From Octopus vulgaris (Eukaryota): a DNA stretch of 64,000 bases. The notes under the pieces are model-generated. The model was not told the origin of the DNA. It saw nothing but the letters and a program-made list of their open reading frames with translations, and ran no database searches. The DNA is taken from the NCBI GenBank assembly GCA_951406725.2, contig OX597833.1, positions 53,568,001-53,632,000 of the forward strand. The letters are read 5' to 3'. How positions within the stretch are numbered: the stretch's first letter is position 1; each line of letters opens with the position of its first letter. The position numbers and the translations under genes are program-made. Of this stretch, positions 22,428 to 35,378 are shown in pieces.

Positions 22428-22638
22428 TGTGTGTACATGTATATATATATATGTAGGTGCAGGTGTGGTAAGAAGTTTGCTTCCCAACCACATGGTTCTG
22501 GGTTCAGTCCCACTGCGTGGCACCTTGGGTAAGTGTCTTCTATTATAGCCTTGGGCCAACAAAAGCCTTGTGAGTGGATTTGGTAAATGGAAACTGAAGT
22601 AAGCTTGTCGTATATACATACATGCACACACACACACA

Positions 22639-24365
<1,727 letters not shown>

Positions 24366-24544
24366 AAATCAGTGGTGGTGTGTTTGTGTCCCTGTAACTT
24401 AGCAGTTCAGCAAAAGAGATAGATAGAATAGGTACCAGGGTTTACAAAAAAAAAAGAAAAAAGTACTTGGGTTGATTCATTCCACTAAAAATTCTTCAGG
24501 GTAGGTGCCCCAGCATGGCCACAGTCTAAAATGACTGAAACATG

Positions 24545-24765
24545 ACCTCTGCCAGTTACCGCCTGACTGGCCCTCGTGCCGGTGGCATGTAAAAGCACCA
24601 ACTACACTCTTGGAGTGGTTGGCGTTAAGAAGGGCTTCCAGCTGTAGAAACTCTGCAAAATCAAGATTGGAGTCTGGTGCAGTCATCTGGTTCGCCAGTC
24701 CTCAGTCAAATCGTCCAACCCATGATAGCAAGGAAAGCAGACATTAAATGACGACGCTGAAGATG
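24545..24765 (+). mobile_element. RTE family 1 tail
   Basis: GGTGGCATGTAAAAGCACC...GAAGGGC.TCCAGC motif. Confidence 0.75.
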
Positions 24766-24769
24766 TTGT

Positions 24770-25060
24770 TATATGTAAAGTAATTGAAAGAAACACAGAG
24801 CATCTCAACAGAAATATGGTAACAAAAGGGTTAACAAATGATTAATATCAACCCAGCTGAAACCAGCTCTGGCTCTGAGTACAAATGTCTTGTTTACACA
24901 AGTTTTTAATTAAAATCTTCCACCAAACCTTACACACAATTTATGTTCCTAACACTAGCTTAATGATAACCAAGTTATTTTACTAAATTCTTTGTTATAT
25001 TAAAAGTAATTGAAAGAAACACAGAGCATCTCAAAATAAATATGGCAACGAAAGGGTTAA
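24770..25060. mobile_element. piggyBac-like MITE family 2 (two partial copies)
   Basis: Two right ends AAAGGG|TTAA (~24834 and 25060) with shared internal sequence. Confidence 0.7.
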
Positions 25061-25318
25061 AAAGTAAGTGTGCCTTTTGATTGAAATGGCAGTATTTGCC
25101 ACAGTTCCCATTGCAAAATGCAAAAACATACATATGGGTGCTGGTGTGGCCGAGTAGTTAAAAGTTTGCTTTCCAACCACATGGTTCTAGGTTCAGTCCC
25201 AGCATGGCACCTTGGTTAAGTGTCTTCTATTATAGCCTTGGGCTGACCAAAGCTTTTTGAGTGGATATGGTAGATAGAAACTGAAGCAAGCAACTGAAGT
25301 GTATATATATATATATAA

Positions 25319-25529
25319 AATACAAAATGGGGCAAGAACGCAAAGCATCCAGACAACTAGGTGATACAAAAAGGGACAACAAAACATAGACGATACAAAA
25401 AAAAACAAGGACGGGTCATTTGAAGCTTTCTACCCTCAGTCAATATTGTCTATCTGGATGTTTTGTTGTCCCTTTTTGTATCACCTAGTCGTCCAGATGT
25501 TGTTTTGCATTCTTGTCCCATTTTGTATT
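25319..25529. repeat. ~70-bp inverted repeat (32-bp perfect core)
   Basis: 25356-25387 is the exact reverse complement of 25458-25489. Confidence 0.9.
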
Positions 25530-25532
25530 CTA

Positions 25533-25720
25533 TCATCATCATCATCGTTTAACGTCCGTTCTCCATGCTAGCATGGGTTGGACGGTTTGACCGGGGATCT
25601 GGGAAGCCAGAAGGCTGCACCAAGCTCCAGTCTTATCTGGCAATGTTTCTACAGCTGGATGCCCTTCCTAACGCCAACCACTCCGTGAGTGTAGTGGGTG
25701 CTTTTTACGTGCCACCCGCA
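25533..25720 (-). mobile_element. RTE family 1 tail
   Basis: (CAT)n and reverse 3' UTR. Confidence 0.8.
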
Positions 25721-26548
25721 CGTAAAAATATATATAGCAGCGTACGTACACTTTGTCCTCTTATATATATAGTGGCGTACGTACACTTTGTCCCCTTATA
25801 TATGTGTGTGTGTCTTTGTTTGTCCCTCAACACTGCTTGACAACCAGTGTTGGTATGTTGATATCTCTGTAACTTAGTGGTTCAACAAAAAAGACCAATA
25901 CAATAAGTAACATGCTCAAAAAAAAAAAAAAACATATAGTACTACGGTCGATTCATTCAACTAAATTTTCTTCAAGGGCAGTGCCCCAGCATGGCCGCAG
26001 TCTAATGACCGACACAAGAAAAAATATTAAAAAAATACATACATATACAAATAAAAACAACGACAGTAGTTTTTTTAAAATTTCTTTGTCTTTATATTTT
26101 CAAGAATAAAATTCTTGTCATATTTCTTGATTTTATTATAATTAATATTTTTATTTATTTATTTTTTTTTTTTCAAATCATTTTTGTTTGGTTTCTTCAG
26201 ACAAGAGATTCTTAAAAGACAAAAGTAAATAGTATCTGTCTATATTCTTTACACAAATAGTCATTTTTGTTTTTTGTTTGTTTGTATTTTTTTTAAAACT
26301 TTACAGCTTTTTTTTTCTTCTTTATCCCCCCTTCATCTTCCTCTTTCTCGTCATCCAGTTTTTTTTGTTTTTTTTTTCTTCCTCTTCTTTCTCCTCCCTA
26401 ACCCCTTCCCCCCCCATACTCACAAAAATAAAATAAACACCTTTTACAGAAATGTACAAACACATACATGTGCACACATTTACTATGTTATAATGTTTAT
26501 GCATAGCCATAATTCCTTCCCAAAATACGAAGATGACATACGGGCTCT

Positions 26549-26582
<34 letters not shown>

Positions 26583-27199
26583 ACGCACACATATATACAT
26601 ATATATAGCTACAAGTTATAAATATGTGATTTAATGTAGCAATTAAGAATTGTCTTTTGTTTTGTAAGAATATAATCCGAATAAAAGAAGCAAAGCCGAT
26701 TGTTTTTTTTTTTTGCTTCTGTCTGTCTGTCTGTCTCTACAAGACCCCAGCCATCCATCCCTCCATCTCACAGTCATTGAAAGTAACGGTACATCACACC
26801 TAGTTTATACGTTGCCTTCCCTCTCCCTTTCTCGTTCGATCTCTCTTCTCTCCGATATCTCCAATGAAAAGAACTTTGGCTATCAAATGCTGTCCCTTGG
26901 GTGGTTAGGAAAAAAAAAAAAACAAAAAGAATCAATCAGTCCTGATTTCAAACAAGGAAGTTTTCACAACCTAAAACAGCGACAGACACAAGACACGATG
27001 ATGGAACAGGCCTCAGGTTGGTTTCGCTCTGCAAGTCTCACCTGCAGTACAAAAACTGGAGGGAGGAGAAAGCAGTGTGTGTGTGTGTGTGTGTGTTGAC
27101 AGAACTGGAAAGGTGATAATGGTAGGAACAATGTATTCCCTCTCTCTCTCTCTCTCTTTCGGAGAGGCACAAGCACCTACACGCACATATACATACATG

Positions 27200-27527
27200 G
27201 CAGTAACTTCCGCCTGCCGAATTCAATCACAAAGCTTCGGTTGGCTCGGGGCTATAGCAGAAGACACCTGCCCAAAGTGCCACGCGGTGGGTCTGAACCT
27301 GAAACCATATAGCTAAGAAGAAGCAAGCTCCCTAACCACACAGCCATGCCCGCGCCCAATACGACGGGCTTCTTTTAGTTTCCGTCTACCAAATACACTC
27401 ACAAGGCTTTGGTCGGCCCGAGGCTATAGTAGAAGACACTTGCCGAAGGTGCCACGCGGTGGGTCTGAACCCGAAACCATATAGCTAGGAAGCAAGCTCC
27501 CTAACCACACAGCCATGCCCGCGCCTA
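27200..27527 (-). mobile_element. Two tandem SINE A 5' halves
   Basis: Reverse head-plus-CORE segment repeated at ~27200-27357 and 27360-27527. Confidence 0.75.
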
Positions 27528-27887
27528 CAAAAATGTATGCACATATACGCAGCGCTATGCGTGTGGCAAGCTTTCTACGGCCGGATGCCCTTCCTGGCGC
27601 CGCTCACATTACAAAGCTTAATACAATCGGTTTTTCACAAATATGTTCTTCCATACACACACAAAAATTAGCTAGACTTGTGTATTTATTTATTTATTTA
27701 TTGATTTATGTGTGCATGTACAAAATCACAGACATACAGAAACGATATCTCGTCTTCACATATACGTAAAGTACAAGTACAATTTCAAAACTCAGCGGGT
27801 CACCACTTGAAGACCTCATGTAGTGAATCAAGAGAGGAAACACTGTAGTTGCTTTTCTGTTGCCTTCTGCGGGGCTCAAGGGAGGAT

Positions 27888-28434
27888 TTGAGCTCAGTAT
27901 TGCATGAATGAAAAACCCTCATTCTTTATATATAGAGTGCTCGTGCTGCATAGAGCAGTGAACTGCAACTCTCCCAATGGTACCTTAGATACAGCCAGAC
28001 AGACTGAGCCATAAAGAATTCAGTGCTTGAGCTCAGTATTGCATGAATGAAAAACCCTCATTCTTTATAGAGTGCTCGTGATGCATAGAGCAGTGAACTG
28101 CAACTTCCCGATGGTACCTTAGATACAGCCAGACAGACTGAGCCATAAAGAATTCAGTGCTTGAGCTCAGTATTGCATGAATGAAACCCTCATTCTTTAT
28201 AGAGTGCTTGTGCTGCACGGAGCAGTGAACTGCAACTCTCCCGATGGTACCTTAGATACAGCCAGACAGACTGAGCCATAAAGAATTCAGTGCTTGAGCT
28301 CAGTATTGCATGAATGAAAAACCCTCATTCTTTATATATAGAGTGCTCGTGCTGCACAGAGCAGTGAACTGCAACTTCCCGATGGTACCTTAGATACAGC
28401 TAGGCAGACTGAGCCATAAAGGATTCAGTGCTTG
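27888..28434. repeat. Four-unit tandem repeat, 133-139 bp
   Basis: Units start GAGCTCAGTATTGCATG at 27890, 28029, 28163, 28296; no other copy in window. Confidence 0.95.
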
Positions 28435-29248
28435 TATAAGGGACTCAGTGCACCGCCACTGGTGATTTAATTGTCGACCTTGCGCACTCAACGAACTCGG
28501 CTAGCTGTGCTTTCTTGACTGTGTGTACAAAAACACACACGGGTAAAATTCTTGGAAAAATTAAACTATTTTTTATCAAGTTTTCAAAGCACTTTTGCAT
28601 TCAAAAATTATTTGAATTAAAAACTTATAACAAGAACGTGTGTTGTATGTGTTTGCGTGTGTGTGCATGTAAGAGCATGTATGTGTTTGTGCATGTATGA
28701 GCATGTGTGCAGGCATATTTGGGTGGAATGGGGGGAGGGAAGATCAAAAGACAAACACAATTTTATGTTTTGACTTTATTTTTTTTTTTTTTTTATGCCA
28801 TCACTTCATCTTCATTATCTTACAAAGGACTGACTTTAAGTATTATACTTTCTGCAAAAACTGTCTCTTTCACGCACGCACACATACTTTCTCACTCTCA
28901 TTCTCTCTCTCATTCTTGCTCTTCTTCTCACCTTCCGTCCCTCTCTTTGCTTCTTTTCCGTCTTTCCATCAATACTTATAGACAGGTTGGCTCCTGAGGG
29001 AAGCTACCTGGAACTCAGACACTTTCTATTTTGGCAAATGGCTTCCTTTGAAGATCAAGCATCAAAGAGGAAAAAAAAAAAAAAAAAAAAATTAAAAAAA
29101 AAAAAAATCCAAATGGGGGGGAAAGGGAAGGAAAAGTAAACATTATTTTTTTTCCTTTATTATAAATAGCAATAGTTTTTGTTTCTTTGTTTATTTTTTT
29201 TCTTTTATTTTAAATTTTCTCTTTTTTGTAATTGTTCAGAAGGTCAGG

Positions 29249-32200
29249 TCATGATTCTCGGAGAATTTGGAGACCAACTCTTACGTATTCCACATATTGA
29301 AAAATACTGCTTTGCAATGAGATGTATTTACATCTAGTGTGCAGGAGATCAATAAAGTCTTTGCAATTTTCTTTCTGAATTTCAGCCTGTTCCCAGTAAT
29401 TGTGAGTCTTCACAATATAATCTAATATTTCTATGTAGTTCTGTGTGATGGAATGAATTCTTTTAGGAATAGTAACAGTCTGTGACGAGGAGGGCAGAGC
29501 CGAGCCCGTAAGGCTCGAAGAGTTTGGGTTGGAGGAAGAAGAGGATGAAGTAGAGTTGTTAGAGATGTGGGAGGAGGAGGAGTGTGATGTCGCTGAGACA
29601 GCGTTTGACGATGAAGCTGAAGGCGTTAGTCTTGCATCCGAGGCGTTACTTCCCTGTGAACGTATTGAGTCAATGCTGCCTGATGGTGAAGGGGTCGATC
29701 GTGATGAAGGCGTGGAAGTGTTCCAGTTGGGCCGATGCGGGGATGGGGTGTGAGATGGCAAGGAAGTGGTGCTGGTCTGCTTGTTGTATTCGTCGATGGC
29801 CTGCTTGAGGTTGTCGGCGACCTTTTTCTTCATGTCGTAGAGCTTTTTGCAGACGCGGGACATCAACAGCAAGCGCAACAGCGAGATTTTCTGTTCGTGA
29901 GGGTACTGGTGGTAGTGTCCGATTTGATTGAGGAAATCGAAAATCTCACCAAACATGCGGAAACATCGCTGTTCTTGGTCTTTCTCTAACGCTATACCGC
30001 ACTGTACGTAGGACACTACGGCGTTCATATACAAGAAAGATTTCTCAAAGATGTCGGTTAATTTGTTTCCTTCGTGTTTCATACGTTTGGCTTCTTGGAA
30101 AAAGTGGTCAGCAGCCTTGTCTTTCCCTTTATGGCTGCTGCTGCCACCTTCACTGCCGCCGTGGTGGTTAGAACCACTGCTCTTGTATAACGGCCGGTTA
30201 CGTAGGCTATTTGAACTGTTGCTGTGGCTAGGGGTGACTGGGATTGTACTAATAGCAGAAGTCGAGGGCTGGTGGTGGTCAGATGTGTTGCTCGACGTCG
30301 ACCCCTTCGGAGACAACAAGGTAGAAGAGGAGTTAGACTGCCTCGACGGAGACGGTGTCGCAACCGACTTCCCAGTGTCTTTGGAATTATCCGATGAGCT
30401 TTTTGATGTCAAATTTGCCTGGGTCGCTGTCTTGAGTTTTTTGCTGCTGGACGAGTTCGTTAAAGCATTGACGGTCTGATTATTACCATTACTGTTGTTA
30501 TGCTTCTTAACATTATCGTTATCGACACGGTCGTTGTGATCGCTGTCATCACGCTCACTATCACTGTCGCTGTCATCACCATTGTCGTCGATATCGTCAT
30601 CACCGTTGTTGTTGATGTTGCTGTTGTTGTTATTGCTATTACTACTACTAGTACTACAACCACTGCTATTACATTCAGATGGAGACACAGGTTGCATAAC
30701 ACTGTCCTTCTCTTTGTCATGGCATGGTTGTTTGGCATCGTCTATGGAAGAAGAAATCTGTTTGTCTTTATCGGAAACTCTGGTTTTGCTGGTAGCAGTT
30801 GAAGACTCAGTCGAAGGAGAGCTGTGGTTATGGTCGCTGTTGACCAAAGACAAACTTTTCACAGATTCATTCTTGGGAATAGTTGGCAACAGGTTGTCTT
30901 CGTTCTTTGAAATTTGTCCCTCGGTTTTGATCATTTTCGGACTGGGTCGACTGATGTCGTAGCTCTCAGAGTCGAGAGTTCTCTTTGGGATCCGGAATTT
31001 GAAATCAGATTTTTCTGTTTTGCAAGGTGTACTCTCAGTCAGCACAGGTGTCGTTGTAGTCTGCGTCATGACAAAACTTTCGGAGTTCGCATTGGGTTCA
31101 CTTGCTTTAACTGAAGGAGAAACATTACCGTTCTGCATTTCAGGCTTGACTGCAGCTTCCTCGACGCTGTTTTCTGTTTTAACCTCTTGTAATAACGGCA
31201 GGTCTTTTAAGCATTTTGCAGGGATGAAATGCAGAAGATCTGTATTGATTTTGATGGTCAAAGTGCGTTTTTGGCAACAATTAGATTCAGTATTATTTGG
31301 TGTTCTTGGACTTTTGTCTCGCTTTATCCAGGGTTGCTTGTTTTCAGACTGTTTCTCAACAGACTCTTGGGACTGTATTTTACTTGACCACGTGTTCGGG
31401 ACTGTTTCAGATTTGATGGTATCCAAGTGCTCGGCGGGCTGGGACGGTTCATTTGTGAGTTTGCGGCGTTTAACATTTGGAATGGAGGACAGCAAATTGG
31501 TATTAATACAAATGGGAAGTGAAATTTTACGCTTCAGTTTTCTATGAACTAATAATGTAGGTGATGCAGACATCGGGGAAGATACAGGAGACGGAAACTC
31601 TTGGATGTCTTTGCCGGGAGGCCACGTCGAGAGATTTGTCACAGATTTAGTGTTGGCCTGCAAACTGTTTTCCTTTGATGAGATGTCCTCAGTAAATGAT
31701 GGGGCACTGGGAACATCTTGTTTGTGGCAGCTACTAGGTGGTTCTTCGTTATCACTTGGTATTAATGATGTTTTCTCCTCTGCAGATGACTTTTCACTGT
31801 TGCTGTCGTCATCGGATTCACAATGACTGTTCGCTTCAGTGATTGGACTGCTGTTCTCATTGCAGCTGCTGCTACCACTACTGCTACTACTACTACCGCT
31901 ACTACTACTGCTGCTGCTGCTATTATTTCTGCTTCTTTGGCTTGCACTGACATTACTTCCAGTATGGCTAGAGACGGATACAATTTCCTCGGCTTCCTTG
32001 GGGACATGATTCGCTTTGTTGCCACTGTTTGGCAACGAAAAGAATGCTCGGAGACACCAGCGCGGTGTTTTTTGAACACTTGCAGAATCGCACTGTTCCG
32101 CATCATTGACCGCGTCCACTGAGTCGAGCTGCTTTGAATGATCGTCTTTATCTTCGTCTTCCTCCTCTTCGTCGTTATCGTCGTCGTCATCCGATGCACT

Positions 32201-34987
32201 AGATGCTTTTTCCGAGACGTTTGACTCATCGTCAGAGGTGTCCGAGTCACTAGTTGAACTTGAAGAGACCACATCCGGTTTCTGATGCTTGACCGCTGGG
32301 CCTATTCTATCCAGCTCGTTGCTTTCTTCAACATCACTTTGATCATCATCTTCGTCATCATCTCCATCCTCCTCCTCTTCGTCGTCAGCATCATTATCAT
32401 TTTTCTTAGCAAACTGGCCCGATCCTTTCCTAGCTGGTGTTGAGTAAACTAACGGTGTGTTATTACAGACAGTATTAGATTCTGTCACTGCTGAGTTGTT
32501 GACAGTCAATGTACTGGACTTTGTTTTACCTACAACTCCATCGCTCTCAGAATCACTTTCACTTGTCGGATGTTCACTGAAAATATCAAAGCCTACTGAC
32601 TCCTTTCTGGTTTCCACTGCACCGATATCCATGGAATGATGTAGGCGTGAGATAGGACTGGACGGTGATGACTTTGAGGGAGTAAACACGGGGGGGAATT
32701 CTTTGGTAGACTCGAGTGCTTCACTGTCTGAATCACTCATCTGAAGATCTTGGGAAAGATCTTCTTGACTCTGTAAGGAACATTTCACAGCATTTAAGGG
32801 GAAGACAGGCATAGCTGTTGGAGAAGTTGATTCAAGTGGACTTGTCTTTAATGGTTGGTTCTCGCCTACAGAATCTGTGTTTTGATGGTTTTTAATTTCT
32901 GCAGCAGCCAGGGTCATGTGTTTAGATTCTTTGAGGATGCTGGCATCTGCTTGGTTATTGGTGTTCTCATCAGATGAACAACTGTGGACTGGTTTATCAT
33001 TAGGGGGTTGTGTTGCATCCTCTTCATTATCAAAGGAATCACTGTCACTGTCAGAGAGCCCAAAAGTCTTTTGGGAAGGTGAATGGGAATTCTTGAAAGA
33101 CCGAGCGAATGGATTTTCTGACATTTTCTCCGGTGTAGAAATGGCCGTTACTGGAGACTCGGGACAGGTCATCTCAGCTAAGATTTTATCCAGGTCATTT
33201 TTCTCTTCTTTGAGATCAGACAGCACTGGCGATGCGTTTAAATTCTGCTTTTGGTAACGGTGGTGAGTTAAAGATGGTGAAATAGCTTTTAACTTTGTTT
33301 GATGTACAGGTGTTGAAGGTTTCTGATGTTTTAATTCGGACAGCAGATGTTTCTGGCTTTGCCCCATCGGTGAAAGGAAGCGGCTCTCCTCAAACAGGTT
33401 TTCTTTCACACTCGGTGTTTTTATACCCGTTATTTTCTCTGGCTGACACATTTCTTTCATAATTTTCTCAATCTGTAGGGGCGGGTTATCTGATTCGCTG
33501 TCATCAAGATCACTGGAGACTTTTGCTGGATTTGAGCCGATAATTTTGACCTTTAGAGAGTTTGATAAGCCTTTGTTCAGATGTGTCGGCATGAATGGTT
33601 TGCTTGAAACGGTATTCGTTGCAATGTATGCAGGTGACAATGATGATGGCAACGAGGTGTGGTGGTTCTCTCGAGAACCATCCATATTGAGAGAAGGAGG
33701 GGGCGGTGTGGAAGCAATAGCAGAAGGTGCTGCTGGTCCCTTTGATGGCTGTTGTAGTTGAAGGTGAGGCTGTTGTTGTTGAGACTGTAATAATGGGGGA
33801 CCCTGTTGTTGAGACTGTACACTGGGTGTTAGAGAGGGCATAGGGGATCTTGACTTGGTTTTGGTCAAATGATGTGAAATTCCTTTCTCAGCAGAATATG
33901 ACTTCTCCCTACCACTGTTATTGGAGAGGCTTTTCTCACTGGTATCAACATTACTAGAAAGTTCTTTGCTTTCATTGTGTGTCTTATCACTATACTGTTT
34001 GTGGTCAGCATGGGCCTTGTCAGCACTACTATGAAACTTGTCCACTTGCAAAGATTTCTCACCCCCAGAATGGTACTTGTCACGATAATATTTCTCACTA
34101 TTACTGCCATGTGATGAGCTTTTGTCACTTAAAGAAGATAGGGGCCGATTGGGTTTCAAGTGTGCATTGCCAGAGTTGGTAGTTACATTAGGATAAGGGG
34201 GGTGCTTACTGAGTTGTGTGGATGATGACGAGGAGGACGAAGAGTATACTTTGTTATTGGGGTTGGTGAAAGAATTTTGTGAAGAATATGAGTGTTTTTT
34301 AGGATGGAAGTCCTTGTCAGGTCCATGCTTCTCGGACAACATTCTTGATGAAGTAGACAATCGAGAATTCTGAGAGGTCCGGCTTCGATAGTTGTTGTCT
34401 ATCGAGTTTTGTCCGTGACCACCGTCTTTCGACATTGAATGAGAGTTCTGAGAATTACGACTATAAGCACCGTCTGGAGGTGTTTCAAGGAGTCCTTGTC
34501 TAGAACCATCCTGGTGCCCATGGCCATGGCCAAGGTAGGAAGCAGAACTATTACCACTGCCATTGTTGCTTCCGCTGCAACGCCCGTGACTAGATGCATC
34601 TTGACCCCGAGGGGTATCATCTTTCCCTATCATCCCCTTGGAACTAGCCTGAGGACGCATTTTGTAGCCATTACATCGCAATTTCGAAGTTTTGGCTTGG
34701 TGGTTGGTGTCTCTTGCAGAGCGGGTCTGTTTGTCAATGCCGATCATGTGACCTGGTTGCTTGGACATTTCTTCGACGACCTCGTCGTAGTTTCCAAGTA
34801 CTTTGCTGATAGTCTGGTGCATAACAGAATGGTTTTTAGGGTTGGAAGAAACACGTACAGGCTCGCTGAACAGCATTGTGTTGGTTTTAGGGGTCGGTGC
34901 GGTTCGTGATTGGATCGCCTGCATGACTTGGGCCTCCCTGGCTTTCTTAGCTTCTTCTTTCATTAATTCTTTATTATAACTGATCAT
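29249..34987 (-). CDS. lilli: AF4/FMR2 family protein (AFF/lilliputian), super elongation complex scaffold, 1912 aa, single-exon CDS
   Basis: N-terminal LFSEPVRV and ISKVLGNYDEV (cf. AFF4 LFAEPYKV / IQSMLGNYDEM); ALF-like motifs EKIMKEM..ITGIKTP and DKILAEM..VTAISTP; LSQDLQMSDSD; AF9-binding-like ICINTNLLSSIP; C-terminal homology domain ADHFFQEAKRMKH...YWEQAE; ACCATG start with an in-frame TGA two codons upstream. Confidence 0.93.
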   Translation of the reverse strand: MISYNKELMKEEAKKAREAQVMQAIQSRTAPTPKTNTMLFSEPVRVSSNPKNHSVMHQTISKVLGNYDEVVEEMSKQPGHMIGIDKQTRSARDTNHQAKTSKLRCNGYKMRPQASSKGMIGKDDTPRGQDASSHGRCSGSNNGSGNSSASYLGHGHGHQDGSRQGLLETPPDGAYSRNSQNSHSMSKDGGHGQNSIDNNYRSRTSQNSRLSTSSRMLSEKHGPDKDFHPKKHSYSSQNSFTNPNNKVYSSSSSSSSTQLSKHPPYPNVTTNSGNAHLKPNRPLSSLSDKSSSHGSNSEKYYRDKYHSGGEKSLQVDKFHSSADKAHADHKQYSDKTHNESKELSSNVDTSEKSLSNNSGREKSYSAEKGISHHLTKTKSRSPMPSLTPSVQSQQQGPPLLQSQQQQPHLQLQQPSKGPAAPSAIASTPPPPSLNMDGSRENHHTSLPSSLSPAYIATNTVSSKPFMPTHLNKGLSNSLKVKIIGSNPAKVSSDLDDSESDNPPLQIEKIMKEMCQPEKITGIKTPSVKENLFEESRFLSPMGQSQKHLLSELKHQKPSTPVHQTKLKAISPSLTHHRYQKQNLNASPVLSDLKEEKNDLDKILAEMTCPESPVTAISTPEKMSENPFARSFKNSHSPSQKTFGLSDSDSDSFDNEEDATQPPNDKPVHSCSSDENTNNQADASILKESKHMTLAAAEIKNHQNTDSVGENQPLKTSPLESTSPTAMPVFPLNAVKCSLQSQEDLSQDLQMSDSDSEALESTKEFPPVFTPSKSSPSSPISRLHHSMDIGAVETRKESVGFDIFSEHPTSESDSESDGVVGKTKSSTLTVNNSAVTESNTVCNNTPLVYSTPARKGSGQFAKKNDNDADDEEEEDGDDDEDDDQSDVEESNELDRIGPAVKHQKPDVVSSSSTSDSDTSDDESNVSEKASSASDDDDDNDEEEEDEDKDDHSKQLDSVDAVNDAEQCDSASVQKTPRWCLRAFFSLPNSGNKANHVPKEAEEIVSVSSHTGSNVSASQRSRNNSSSSSSSSGSSSSSSGSSSCNENSSPITEANSHCESDDDSNSEKSSAEEKTSLIPSDNEEPPSSCHKQDVPSAPSFTEDISSKENSLQANTKSVTNLSTWPPGKDIQEFPSPVSSPMSASPTLLVHRKLKRKISLPICINTNLLSSIPNVKRRKLTNEPSQPAEHLDTIKSETVPNTWSSKIQSQESVEKQSENKQPWIKRDKSPRTPNNTESNCCQKRTLTIKINTDLLHFIPAKCLKDLPLLQEVKTENSVEEAAVKPEMQNGNVSPSVKASEPNANSESFVMTQTTTTPVLTESTPCKTEKSDFKFRIPKRTLDSESYDISRPSPKMIKTEGQISKNEDNLLPTIPKNESVKSLSLVNSDHNHSSPSTESSTATSKTRVSDKDKQISSSIDDAKQPCHDKEKDSVMQPVSPSECNSSGCSTSSSNSNNNNSNINNNGDDDIDDNGDDSDSDSERDDSDHNDRVDNDNVKKHNNSNGNNQTVNALTNSSSSKKLKTATQANLTSKSSSDNSKDTGKSVATPSPSRQSNSSSTLLSPKGSTSSNTSDHHQPSTSAISTIPVTPSHSNSSNSLRNRPLYKSSGSNHHGGSEGGSSSHKGKDKAADHFFQEAKRMKHEGNKLTDIFEKSFLYMNAVVSYVQCGIALEKDQEQRCFRMFGEIFDFLNQIGHYHQYPHEQKISLLRLLLMSRVCKKLYDMKKKVADNLKQAIDEYNKQTSTTSLPSHTPSPHRPNWNTSTPSSRSTPSPSGSIDSIRSQGSNASDARLTPSASSSNAVSATSHSSSSHISNNSTSSSSSSNPNSSSLTGSALPSSSQTVTIPKRIHSITQNYIEILDYIVKTHNYWEQAEIQKENCKDFIDLLHTRCKYISLQSSIFQYVEYVRVGLQILRES

Positions 34988-35378
34988 GGTTCAGCTGATG
35001 GTGATAACTACGGCGTACCAATATTACGGTAGTTTCCAGAATGAACAAAACAATTCAGTGACTGATGTGTATGGATTTTGCTTATGTTATTCTTTTCTGT
35101 TTTCAAGAGTGTGCATAGATATAAACAACAATTTTTTGTATATGTGGTTACAGGATTGAAAACTCGATCTGAGAATAGGTCATTGTATTGTGAACATGTG
35201 TGTGCATGCATGCATGTATGTATGTGTGTGTGTGTGTGGTGGGGAGGGGAATGTTCGTTAAACAATGGAAAAAATAATCAGATAAAAAAACTTGGTGACT
35301 GGTCGTGTGTTCCACAAAACATTGTGAAAGGACCCAGAATCCGGCACTGGTGATGCTACTATCACCCAAATGACTTAC

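Noticed and set aside
27888-28434. CRISPR array or snoRNA cluster
   Set aside because: No spacers; no convincing paired C/D or H/ACA boxes visible; kept only as a tandem repeat
28776-29110. Remnant poly(A) tail or TSD of the proposed AFF retrocopy
   Set aside because: A- and T-runs are common across the window and no flanking direct repeat could be identified
29529-34909. Numerous plus-strand and alternate-frame ORFs overlapping the AFF CDS
   Set aside because: Shadow ORFs from low-complexity Ser/Asp-rich codons; no recognisable domains
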